Origin: an uncultured virus (IMG/VR IMGVR_UViG_3300020469_000013) | Lineage: Duplodnaviria; Heunggongvirae; Uroviricota; Caudoviricetes; Kyanoviridae | DNA: 64,000 bases | Virus record (IMG/VR): IMGVR_UViG_3300020469_000013 | Strand: one strand, 5' to 3' | Shown: piece by piece, positions 50,456-58,832 of the stretch | Position numbering within the stretch: the stretch's first letter is position 1 | Layout of the letters: every line of letters begins with the position of its first letter | Program-made: the position numbers and the translations under genes | Notes under the pieces: model-generated | Told to the model about the DNA's origin: nothing | The model's database searches: none | Seen by the model: the letters and a program-made list of their open reading frames with translations, nothing else

Positions 50456-52672
50456 ATGCTTCACGAAATTAAAGGTAAACTTGCTAAACTCCTAGCAACA
50501 GAAAACTTAATCATAGAACACAGAGATGTATCTACTGCATCTTTTGATGTAGAGCGTAGAGTTCTTACCCTACCAATGTGGCAGATTAATTCTGAGGATG
50601 TTTATGATCTTCTCGTAGCACATGAGGTTGGTCATGCACTTTATACTGACCCTCGTAACTGGTTCATGGAAGATGAGTACAAAGGTCTTAACCCATCTTT
50701 AGTAAACATAACAGAAGATGCTCGTATTGAGAAGTTGATGAAGAGAAGATATGCAGGTCTAAACAAAACATTCAGCAGAGGATATACAGATCTTAATGAG
50801 CAAGATTTCTTTGAGACTAAAGGTGAAGATCTTGGAACATATAGTTTCCCTGATCGTATCAATCTATGGTTCAAGGTAGGTGCATTCTTAAATATCAAGT
50901 TTTCTAACACAGAAAAATATATCGTAGATCTTATAGGTAAAGCAGAAACATTTGATGATGCATTACAAGCAGCAAAAAAACTAAGAGATTTTATTGAAGA
51001 GAATCAAAGTCAAGATCAAGAGTTTGTAGAGCAAGTTTCAAAAGAAGATGTAACTCAAGGTGGTCTTAATAATCCTATGGATCTAGAAGACTTACTAGAT
51101 GAGATGCTATCAGAAAAAGAACAGGAAGAAGATGAGCAATCAGGTCAAGGTGGAGATCCTCAAGAACAAGATTTAGATGAAGATTTTGATGGAGATGATA
51201 GAGAGGGATATGAATCTGATTTAGATGTTCCAAGTTATCAGGGTACATCAGGTGGTACTCATGCTAATAATGATTTTGAAACTAAAACTGTAGACTCACT
51301 AGCAGAAAAATTAGAAGAACTCGCAGGTAAGTTTGACCCTAATCGTGAAGCACCAGTTTACCTAAGTCTTCCAAAGGTAAATCTTGATAGAACTGTAGTT
51401 CCTACAAATGATATTCATGAGTATCTTGAGTCAGAGTGGAAAAGTTATGAAGAGAGAATGCTTGAGGAGTACCAAAGATATGGTGGTGCTAATTGGGTAA
51501 AAGAATGGCACAAAGATTCTGAAGCAGCATACCAAAAGTTCAAGAGATCTACTGGTAAAGAAGTTAGTTATCTTGTTAAAGAGTTTGAAATGAAAAAAGC
51601 AGCATCTGCATATGCTCGTGCTGCTACTTCTAAAACTGGAGTTCTTGATTGCTTAAAACTACACCAGTACAAGTACAACGATGATATCTTCAAAAAGATT
51701 ACAGTTCTTCCTGATGGTAAGAATCATGGCTTGATCTTTATACTAGATTGGTCAGGTTCTATGGCAGATGTGTTACTAAACACAGTAAAACAGATGTATA
51801 ATTTGATATGGTTTTCTCGCAAAGTCGGCATTCCATATGAGGTTTATGCATTCAGTAACGAGTGGTACTATTACGGTAACAAAGACGATAGACCTGAGCG
51901 TGAAGAGCAAGGTGACAATGAATTATGCATTGATGATCATTTCAGTTTGATGAATCTTCTTAGTAGCAAATGTAATGCTAAAGAATGCGAGAGACAGATG
52001 TTGAATATCTGGAAGATAGCAGAAAGTTTTTCTAGTAGACATGGTATTGCTCCTAGAAAAATGTCATTATCTGGCACTCCTTTAAATGAAGCACTAATTT
52101 CTCTTCATCAAATCATCCCTCAGTTCCAAAAAAATAGTGGAGTTGAGAAAGTAAACTGTGTTGTACTTACTGATGGTGAAGCAAGTTCACTTGCTAGAAC
52201 TGCAATGGTTCAGCGTAACTGGGAAGAGAAACCAGAATTGCGTCATAAGAATATTCGTGGCAACTGCTTCTTAAGAAACAATGGTCATGTTCGTAGGTTG
52301 AGTGATGTTTACTTCAAGTTTACTAAGATCTTATTAGATGATCTCAAGTCATCTTTCCCTCAAGTTAATTTTGTAGGGTTCCGTTTACTTGGTACTAGAG
52401 ATCTTTCATCTATGATTTCTCACTACATCCCTGACTTTGAAAAGAGAGATCGTGCTCGTGCTGATTGGAAAAAGCATAAGTCTTTCACTATCAAGAATCA
52501 AGGATACGATTCATTCTTTGTTCTTTCTTCTAACAATCTCTCAAATTCTACTGAGTTTGAAGTTGCTGAAGATGCAACTAAAGCACAAATCAGATCTGCT
52601 TTTAAAAAGTCTTTTACTAATAAAAAGATGAACAAAAAAGTACTAGGCGAATTCGTTGAGATGGTCGCTTAA
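50456..52672 (+). CDS. HExxH metallopeptidase-like + vWA domain protein (CobT-like partner of the AAA ATPase)
   Basis: HEVGH, N..ED.RIE, acidic linker, MIDAS DWSGS, GTPL, LTDGE; ORF-track start 50432 lies inside the -10 box so 50456 is preferred. Confidence 0.85.
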   Translation: MLHEIKGKLAKLLATENLIIEHRDVSTASFDVERRVLTLPMWQINSEDVYDLLVAHEVGHALYTDPRNWFMEDEYKGLNPSLVNITEDARIEKLMKRRYAGLNKTFSRGYTDLNEQDFFETKGEDLGTYSFPDRINLWFKVGAFLNIKFSNTEKYIVDLIGKAETFDDALQAAKKLRDFIEENQSQDQEFVEQVSKEDVTQGGLNNPMDLEDLLDEMLSEKEQEEDEQSGQGGDPQEQDLDEDFDGDDREGYESDLDVPSYQGTSGGTHANNDFETKTVDSLAEKLEELAGKFDPNREAPVYLSLPKVNLDRTVVPTNDIHEYLESEWKSYEERMLEEYQRYGGANWVKEWHKDSEAAYQKFKRSTGKEVSYLVKEFEMKKAASAYARAATSKTGVLDCLKLHQYKYNDDIFKKITVLPDGKNHGLIFILDWSGSMADVLLNTVKQMYNLIWFSRKVGIPYEVYAFSNEWYYYGNKDDRPEREEQGDNELCIDDHFSLMNLLSSKCNAKECERQMLNIWKIAESFSSRHGIAPRKMSLSGTPLNEALISLHQIIPQFQKNSGVEKVNCVVLTDGEASSLARTAMVQRNWEEKPELRHKNIRGNCFLRNNGHVRRLSDVYFKFTKILLDDLKSSFPQVNFVGFRLLGTRDLSSMISHYIPDFEKRDRARADWKKHKSFTIKNQGYDSFFVLSSNNLSNSTEFEVAEDATKAQIRSAFKKSFTNKKMNKKVLGEFVEMVA

Positions 52673-52742
52673 CAAACTGTCTACTAGAGGCTTTATTGCC
52701 TCTTGATTTACAGTATAATATATACATACACGAGACAACATT
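52672..52742 (+). promoter_or_regulatory. Putative early promoter element, copy 2
   Basis: ACAAACTGTCTACT box, hairpin, TATAAT at 52714-52719, ACGAGACA before start. Confidence 0.75.
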
Positions 52743-53828
52743 ATGGCTTTCCAAGCAAAATTTTCAAACGAAGACTTGATTTCATTCTTAACAAAAAACG
52801 ATACTGTTAAAGAAGTTACTAGTAAAGAAATTAATGAAGCAGCAGCACACTTCGATGTACAAGTGCAAAGCGTTACAAAGCGTGTCAACAAACTTCAAGA
52901 GTTCCGTAAAGTTACTCGTGGTAAGTGGACATTAACTGTGGCAGAAGCATTAGAAAAAAATTATTCAGCACCTGCTGCTCAACCAGTACAGAGTACAAAT
53001 CTTATTCCAGAGATAGATGATCACTTTGTTAAATTCGGAAACTTTAATGATATTAGAAAGATCATAAAGTCTGAAGTATTTTATCCTGCATTCATCACAG
53101 GTTTATCAGGTAATGGTAAGACCTTCTCTGTAGAGCAAGCATGTGCTCAATCAAAGAGAGAATTTATTCGTGTCAACATCACAATCGAAACCGACGAAGA
53201 TGACCTTATTGGTGGTTTCCGTCTTGTCAATGGCAGCACTGTATGGCATAACGGTCCAGTTGTCGAGGCATTGGAAAGGGGAGCTACACTCCTTTTAGAT
53301 GAGATCGATCTAGCATCTAACAAGATCCTATGCTTACAATCTATCCTAGAAGGTAAAGGAGTGTTCCTTAAAAAGATTGGTAAGCATGTTCTTCCTACTA
53401 AGGGATTCAATGTAATAGCAACTGCTAATACAAAAGGTAAAGGATCTGATGACGGTAGATTCATCGGAACTAATGTTCTTAATGAAGCATTCCTTGAGAG
53501 GTTCCCAGTAACCTTCGAGCAATCATATCCTAGTGTTTCTATCGAGCAAAAGATTCTTGAGAAAGAATGTGAAGATACTCCATTCTGTAAGCATCTTGTA
53601 GATTGGGCAGACATTATCCGTAAGACATTCTTTGACGGTGGTGTTGATGAGGTTATCTCAACTCGTAGGTTAGTTCATATTGTTCGTGCCTATGCTATCT
53701 GGGGTGACAAACTCAAAGCAATCCAAGTTTGCTTAAATCGTTTCGATGATGAAACAAAGTCTGCTTTCCTTGACTTATATGATAAAGTAGATGCAGATGT
53801 AGATCTAAAATCTGAAGATGCTAATTAA
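52743..53828 (+). CDS. cobS: CobS-like/MoxR-type AAA+ ATPase
   Basis: GLSGNGKT, LLLDEID, ATANTKG.G, NEAFLERF, STRRL. Confidence 0.88.
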   Translation: MAFQAKFSNEDLISFLTKNDTVKEVTSKEINEAAAHFDVQVQSVTKRVNKLQEFRKVTRGKWTLTVAEALEKNYSAPAAQPVQSTNLIPEIDDHFVKFGNFNDIRKIIKSEVFYPAFITGLSGNGKTFSVEQACAQSKREFIRVNITIETDEDDLIGGFRLVNGSTVWHNGPVVEALERGATLLLDEIDLASNKILCLQSILEGKGVFLKKIGKHVLPTKGFNVIATANTKGKGSDDGRFIGTNVLNEAFLERFPVTFEQSYPSVSIEQKILEKECEDTPFCKHLVDWADIIRKTFFDGGVDEVISTRRLVHIVRAYAIWGDKLKAIQVCLNRFDDETKSAFLDLYDKVDADVDLKSEDAN

Positions 53829-54459
53829 ACCTTATGGTCCTTTGATATTACATGAAGTGATATCAGAGGACTTTTTAAAATTTCTTGTTGAAGCATCTGT
53901 CCAAACAAAAGTTAAAAACGAAAATGTTGGATGGGATTTAGCAGGTAACATAGATGATCAATTGCAAAGTGTGATTGATCCTCAAGGGTTTATGAAGGAA
54001 ATCTATCCTCATATTTTTAGGTATATGGCAGGATGTTTTGATAGAAGAAAAGAAGATATGTTGGGGCAACCAGATCCACCAATGTCAAGACTTACTTTTG
54101 ATTGTGGTAATGGTCCTTGGATTAATTTTCAAAAGAAAAATGAGTTCAATCCTGTTCATGTTCACGGTGGTGAACTTTCTTCTGTTATAATGATTGATGT
54201 ACCCGAAGAGATAGCAAAAGAATCTGATACTGTTAAGGACAAAACTAATATGCCTTGTCCTGGTCAGTTGGAATTTATTGACGGTCCTTCTGGATACATG
54301 TATACTGGAAGTTATAAAGTAGTTCCTAAGACAGGTGACATATTTGTATTCCCTGCACAGTTAAAACATACTGTGTATCCATTTACAAGTGATGTTACTA
54401 GGATAACTATGAGTTATAATATATTCAACATACAAGTTGACTCAAACACTCAGGAGTGA
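53818..54459 (+). CDS. Putative 2OG-Fe(II) oxygenase
   Basis: WINFQ...EFNPVH.H..LS.V, G.LEF, FPA.L.H.VYPF...RI..S.N. Confidence 0.8.
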   Translation: MLIKPYGPLILHEVISEDFLKFLVEASVQTKVKNENVGWDLAGNIDDQLQSVIDPQGFMKEIYPHIFRYMAGCFDRRKEDMLGQPDPPMSRLTFDCGNGPWINFQKKNEFNPVHVHGGELSSVIMIDVPEEIAKESDTVKDKTNMPCPGQLEFIDGPSGYMYTGSYKVVPKTGDIFVFPAQLKHTVYPFTSDVTRITMSYNIFNIQVDSNTQE

Positions 54460-54465
54460 TATAAT
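54437..54465 (+). promoter_or_regulatory. Near-consensus sigma70 promoter TTGACT-17-TATAAT (with extended -10 TG)
   Basis: TTGACT 54437-54442, TATAAT 54460-54465. Confidence 0.8.
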
Positions 54466-54928
54466 GGTAAATGCATGGAGTCTAGCAGCATCTATACTAG
54501 ACGGAACCTTTGAGGAGGATTATCCAGTTATGGATAAAGATGATGAATGGATTGAAAAATCTGGTGGGTATGAGTGGACTCCTGGTTCGCCATGGCCTCC
54601 AGAGGTTCTCAATTCTGTTGAAGATTTGCGGATGGGAAACCCACCAGTATATCCAAAACAACCTGTAGATTACAAGTACAATGAAGATCAAATCTTAGAT
54701 AGTATTAAAGAGTATATTGGAAAAACATATTCCAAACATTACTCTAATAAAATACAGACTCTAGATCTTATTGATTCTGTCGGGGATGCATCTGCATTCT
54801 GTCGTAGTAACATACTTAAGTATGCGTCTCGATATGACAAAAAAGGAACTGCAAAACTTGACATACAGAAGATAATGCACTATGCTGTATTATTATACCA
54901 CTTTGAAGAACTAGACAAGGACTCTTAA
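54464..54928 (+). CDS. Conserved phage protein (DUF3310-like); start may be 54530
   Basis: KYNE, YI..TY..HY, F...NILKYASRY.KKG, DI.K..HYA. Confidence 0.75.
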   Translation: MVNAWSLAASILDGTFEEDYPVMDKDDEWIEKSGGYEWTPGSPWPPEVLNSVEDLRMGNPPVYPKQPVDYKYNEDQILDSIKEYIGKTYSKHYSNKIQTLDLIDSVGDASAFCRSNILKYASRYDKKGTAKLDIQKIMHYAVLLYHFEELDKDS

Positions 54929-54931
54929 ACA

Positions 54932-55609
54932 ATGGATATGAAACTATCTGAAAAAACTATTGACCTCTTAGAAAATTTTTCTTCTATTAACCAATCTATT
55001 TTGGTTAAAAAGGGATCTAAACTTCGCACAATATCTGTGATGAAGAATATCCTTGCAGAGGCAGAAGTTGATGAAAACTTTGAAAAAGACTTTGGGATAT
55101 ATGATCTCCCACAGTTTTTAAATGGTGTCAATCTTATGAATGACCCAGATATAGATCTTAGGAATGAGTCTTATATGATTCTTCGTGAAGGCAATACTAC
55201 TAAAGTAAAATTTGCTTTTGCTGATCCTAATGTAATCATATCTCCACCAGAGAAAGGAATTGAATTACCTAACTCTGATGTATCATTCCAGTTGGATAGT
55301 ATTCAACTTCAGAAGTTGCTTAAGGCATCTTCAATATATCAGTTGCCAGATCTTGCTGCTGTTGGTAATGCAAAAAATATTACTTTAACAGTTCGTGACA
55401 AAAAGAATGATAACTCTAATGAGTTTGCTCTTGTTGTTGGTGAGACTGATAGTATATTTGAATTCAATTTCAAGATTGAAAATATCAAGTTGATTCCTGG
55501 TTCATATGAAGTTCAGATTTCTAGAAAAAACCTTGCTAAGTTTACTAATAGCAAGTATAATTTAGATTACTTCATAGCGTTAGAACCTGATTCAACTTAT
55601 GCCGATTGA
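54932..55609 (+). CDS. gp45: Sliding clamp gp45
   Basis: MKLS..T...L.NFSSINQSI, FGIYDL..FL, YFIALE. Confidence 0.95.
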   Translation: MDMKLSEKTIDLLENFSSINQSILVKKGSKLRTISVMKNILAEAEVDENFEKDFGIYDLPQFLNGVNLMNDPDIDLRNESYMILREGNTTKVKFAFADPNVIISPPEKGIELPNSDVSFQLDSIQLQKLLKASSIYQLPDLAAVGNAKNITLTVRDKKNDNSNEFALVVGETDSIFEFNFKIENIKLIPGSYEVQISRKNLAKFTNSKYNLDYFIALEPDSTYAD

Positions 55610-56129
55610 GTCTTTACCACTCTTTACTGTTTATATCCATAAGGTCAATGTGACTGAATGGCAAAAAGAAGGGAACCGTATATTGTCTATGGTTCCCTTT
55701 AATAGTACTGAGAAAAAAGAAAATCACATTGATTACACAGATTACTTTAGTAAATCAGCACCACCATATGCTGAAGAAACACTGAAGTTATTCCAACCAT
55801 ATCTGGATGACTTCTTAAAAGTTTCTCAATATAAATTTACTCATGTGAGTGGTCTGTGGTGTCAAAGATATAAGAGCAGAGATTATCATGTTCCTCATGA
55901 TCATGGCACTGTTGGTTATTCTTGTGTATTCTATGCTAGAATAAACCCAAAGGTACATAAAAGTACTTTGTTCTTTTCACCGTTTGCAGCAGAATCTGGT
56001 AGTCGTGATACTAGTTCTATTGCAGTTGAAGAAGGTGACTTGGTAATCTTCCCAAGTGGTTTGTTGCATATGGCACCACCACATGATAGTGACCAAGATC
56101 GTATTATTATTTCGTTAAATCTTTTGTAA
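55599..56129 (+). CDS. Putative 2OG-Fe(II) oxygenase
   Basis: W...Y...DYH.PHDH, S.V.Y, EGDLVIFPS.L.H....R..IS.N. Confidence 0.8.
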   Translation: MPIESLPLFTVYIHKVNVTEWQKEGNRILSMVPFNSTEKKENHIDYTDYFSKSAPPYAEETLKLFQPYLDDFLKVSQYKFTHVSGLWCQRYKSRDYHVPHDHGTVGYSCVFYARINPKVHKSTLFFSPFAAESGSRDTSSIAVEEGDLVIFPSGLLHMAPPHDSDQDRIIISLNLL

Positions 56130-57073
56130 TGAGAAATGAATTTCTATGGGTTGAAAAGTATAGACCCAAGACCATAGATGATTGTATTCTTCCGAAGAGT
56201 ATCAAAGATACTTTTCAGAAGTTTGTAGATAAAGGTGAGATACCTAATCTATTGCTTGCTGGTCCTGCAGGATGTGGTAAGACAACTATTGCAAGAGCAC
56301 TTTGTGAACAATTATCATGCGACTATATTATTATCAATGGATCTGATGAAGGTAGGTTTCTTGATACTGTAAGAAATCAAGCAAAGAATTTTGCATCAAC
56401 TGTTTCTTTATCACAAACTAGCACACATAAAGTAATCATTATTGATGAGGCAGATAATACTACACATGATGTACAGTTACTACTAAGGGCAAACATTGAA
56501 TCGTTTTATAACAATTGTAGGTTTATCTTTACTTGTAACTATAAGAATAAAATTATAGAACCATTGCATTCTAGATGTGCTGTTGTAGAGTTTGGTATTA
56601 AAGGTAAAGAGAAACAAACTATTGCAGCATCTTTCTTCCAAAGACTCAATGATATTTTAGATAAAGAAAATATCAAATCAGATAAGAAAGTTATTGTAGA
56701 ACTCATTAACAAACACTTTCCTGATTGGAGGAGAGTGTTAAATGAATGTCAAAGATACTCAGTTAGTGGTATAATAGATTCAGCAATCCTTGCAGAATTT
56801 TCAGATGTAAAAGTAAATGATCTCATTAAGAAACTCAAAGAGAAGGACTTTCCATCCGTTCGGAAATGGACGGTTTCCAATTTGGATAATGATCCTAATC
56901 TTCTGTTCCGTCGTATCTACGATGCTTTATACACATCCCTTGACGGTCCTAGTATTGCTGCTGCTGTGCTTATTATTGCTAAGTATCAATATCAGATGGC
57001 ATTCGTAGCAGACCAAGAAATTAATATGCTTGCATGTCTTACCGAAATTATGGTAGAATGTAAGTTCAAGTAA
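56129..57073 (+). CDS. gp44: Clamp loader large subunit gp44
   Basis: LWVEKYRP, GPAGCGKTT, IIDEAD, SRC. Confidence 0.96.
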   Translation: MRNEFLWVEKYRPKTIDDCILPKSIKDTFQKFVDKGEIPNLLLAGPAGCGKTTIARALCEQLSCDYIIINGSDEGRFLDTVRNQAKNFASTVSLSQTSTHKVIIIDEADNTTHDVQLLLRANIESFYNNCRFIFTCNYKNKIIEPLHSRCAVVEFGIKGKEKQTIAASFFQRLNDILDKENIKSDKKVIVELINKHFPDWRRVLNECQRYSVSGIIDSAILAEFSDVKVNDLIKKLKEKDFPSVRKWTVSNLDNDPNLLFRRIYDALYTSLDGPSIAAAVLIIAKYQYQMAFVADQEINMLACLTEIMVECKFK

Positions 57074-57078
57074 ACATC

Positions 57079-57378
57079 ATGACTACTAAATCAAACAAAT
57101 TACGCAACCAAGTTAAGAGTAGATTTTATTATCTATTCTGGGGAGCAGCAACTTTATCTGTATTTGCAGGACAAATACATGTTGGTAATTCATACAATAG
57201 AATGTCTAAGTCTTTGAATCAATGGTTCAATGTTTCTGTAGATGTTCTTATTGATGGGTATCTAGAAAGAAAAAATGAAGGAACATATACACCTCTAGTT
57301 CCACCTCCAACAGGAGATTGGAGAGACTATGGTGATGGTGTTGTCTTCTTAGAAGATCTTAGGGAAGAAACAAAATAA
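57079..57378 (+). CDS. Hypothetical protein with hydrophobic segment
   Basis: QVKSRFYYLFWG.AT.SV..GQ. Confidence 0.65.
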   Translation: MTTKSNKLRNQVKSRFYYLFWGAATLSVFAGQIHVGNSYNRMSKSLNQWFNVSVDVLIDGYLERKNEGTYTPLVPPPTGDWRDYGDGVVFLEDLREETK

Positions 57379-57390
57379 GGAGAATATACT

Positions 57391-57987
57391 ATGTCTCGTA
57401 TCGTCCCAGTAATGCCTCCTCTATTACCAGAGGAAAAATTTGATAGAACAAATCATAAAAATTCTGATACTCTTTTTAACGGTGGATCCTGTGAAAAAGC
57501 AGTAGAGATGTATTTGTTAAGAAAAAAAATTAATTTCTCTCTACCTCATGTAGATCAAGGTATTGATCTTATAGTACAAGAGGAAGGATTGGAAAGAGCA
57601 CAGATTAAAAAAATTGTATATAAGAACAAACTAGACAAAGCATGTAGTAGAAATGGTATAATGAAGTATAGAGATACTTTTGATTTTAGATTCCAAACTG
57701 CTGGTAATGGTTCTAGTCCTCGCACCAAAGAAAATACAGATGTCTTCTATCATGTTTTATTAACTTGTTGGAGGACTCTCATTTTCAAAGTTCCAGTTGC
57801 AGGGTTAACAACGAATCCTGATGGTGCATTTGCAAAGATGAAAAATCCATGTCTCGATAGACCTTCCATACAAAGAAGAAGACAAGAGGGAACTGATATT
57901 AGAACATGTTTAGTATCATCACAATATGATCCGATGGTGTTCCAGCAGTATCCAGAGTTCTTCGCACCAAAACCTACTTTATTTTAA
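57391..57987 (+). CDS. PD-(D/E)XK nuclease-like protein
   Basis: G..CE.AV...L, P.VDQGIDL......AQIK, later D.FY; TAAGGAG SD; TAATG overlap with dam. Confidence 0.65.
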   Translation: MSRIVPVMPPLLPEEKFDRTNHKNSDTLFNGGSCEKAVEMYLLRKKINFSLPHVDQGIDLIVQEEGLERAQIKKIVYKNKLDKACSRNGIMKYRDTFDFRFQTAGNGSSPRTKENTDVFYHVLLTCWRTLIFKVPVAGLTTNPDGAFAKMKNPCLDRPSIQRRRQEGTDIRTCLVSSQYDPMVFQQYPEFFAPKPTLF

Positions 57988-58832
57988 TGAAACAATTAAA
58001 AACTCCTCTTCGTTATCCTGGTGGAAAATCTAGAGCAGTTAAAAAACTATTTGGTTTTTATCCTTGGAAAAGATCTGATGGTCGTCAACCAATGTATAAA
58101 GAGTTTCGTGAACCATTTCTAGGTGGTGGTTCGTTTGCTCTAGAATGGACTAAAAGATTTCCTGATACTAAAGTATGGGTTAATGATTTGTATGAACCAT
58201 TGGCAAATTTTTGGATGGAGTTGCAGCATGATGGTCAAGCATTACAAGATAAAGTTTTTAGTATAAAGAATAAGTATCCTGATAGAGATACTGCTAGAGA
58301 ATTATTTACTCAAGCAAAAGACGATATAAACAATAAGACCCTATCTAATCTAGATCGTGCAGCAGCATTTTATGTAACTAATAAATGCAGTTTCTCTGGT
58401 CTTACTGAGTCAAGTTCATTTTCCCCACAGGCATCAGAATCTAATTTTTCTTATAGGGGAATTGATAAACTAGCACAGTATGGAAAATTGATTCAGAATT
58501 GGAAGATAACTAATAGTACATACTCAGATCTTTTAACTGACGATCCAACAGTCTTTATGTATTCGGATCCTCCTTATGATATTAAAACAAATTTATATGG
58601 TAAGAAAGGAGCAATGCATAAAAAATTTGATCATGATGTGTTTGCTGCAGATTGTGATGATGCATGTTGCGATCACATAATATCTTACAACTCATCACAA
58701 TTAGTTCGTGATCGTTTTATTAATTGGAATGCATCTGAATTTGATTTAACATACACCATGAGATCAGTGGGTAAATATATGTTAGAACAAATGGATCGTA
58801 AAGAACTAGTCTTAACCAACTATACAATATGA
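57987..58832 (+). CDS. dam: DNA adenine methyltransferase (Dam/D12 class)
   Basis: LRYPGGKS, EPFLGGGS, VND, DPPY, ISYN. Confidence 0.92.
   Translation: MKQLKTPLRYPGGKSRAVKKLFGFYPWKRSDGRQPMYKEFREPFLGGGSFALEWTKRFPDTKVWVNDLYEPLANFWMELQHDGQALQDKVFSIKNKYPDRDTARELFTQAKDDINNKTLSNLDRAAAFYVTNKCSFSGLTESSSFSPQASESNFSYRGIDKLAQYGKLIQNWKITNSTYSDLLTDDPTVFMYSDPPYDIKTNLYGKKGAMHKKFDHDVFAADCDDACCDHIISYNSSQLVRDRFINWNASEFDLTYTMRSVGKYMLEQMDRKELVLTNYTI

Noticed and set aside
52743..53828. Cobalamin biosynthesis auxiliary gene
   Set aside because: Only the AAA family resemblance supports it; no other cob pathway genes here
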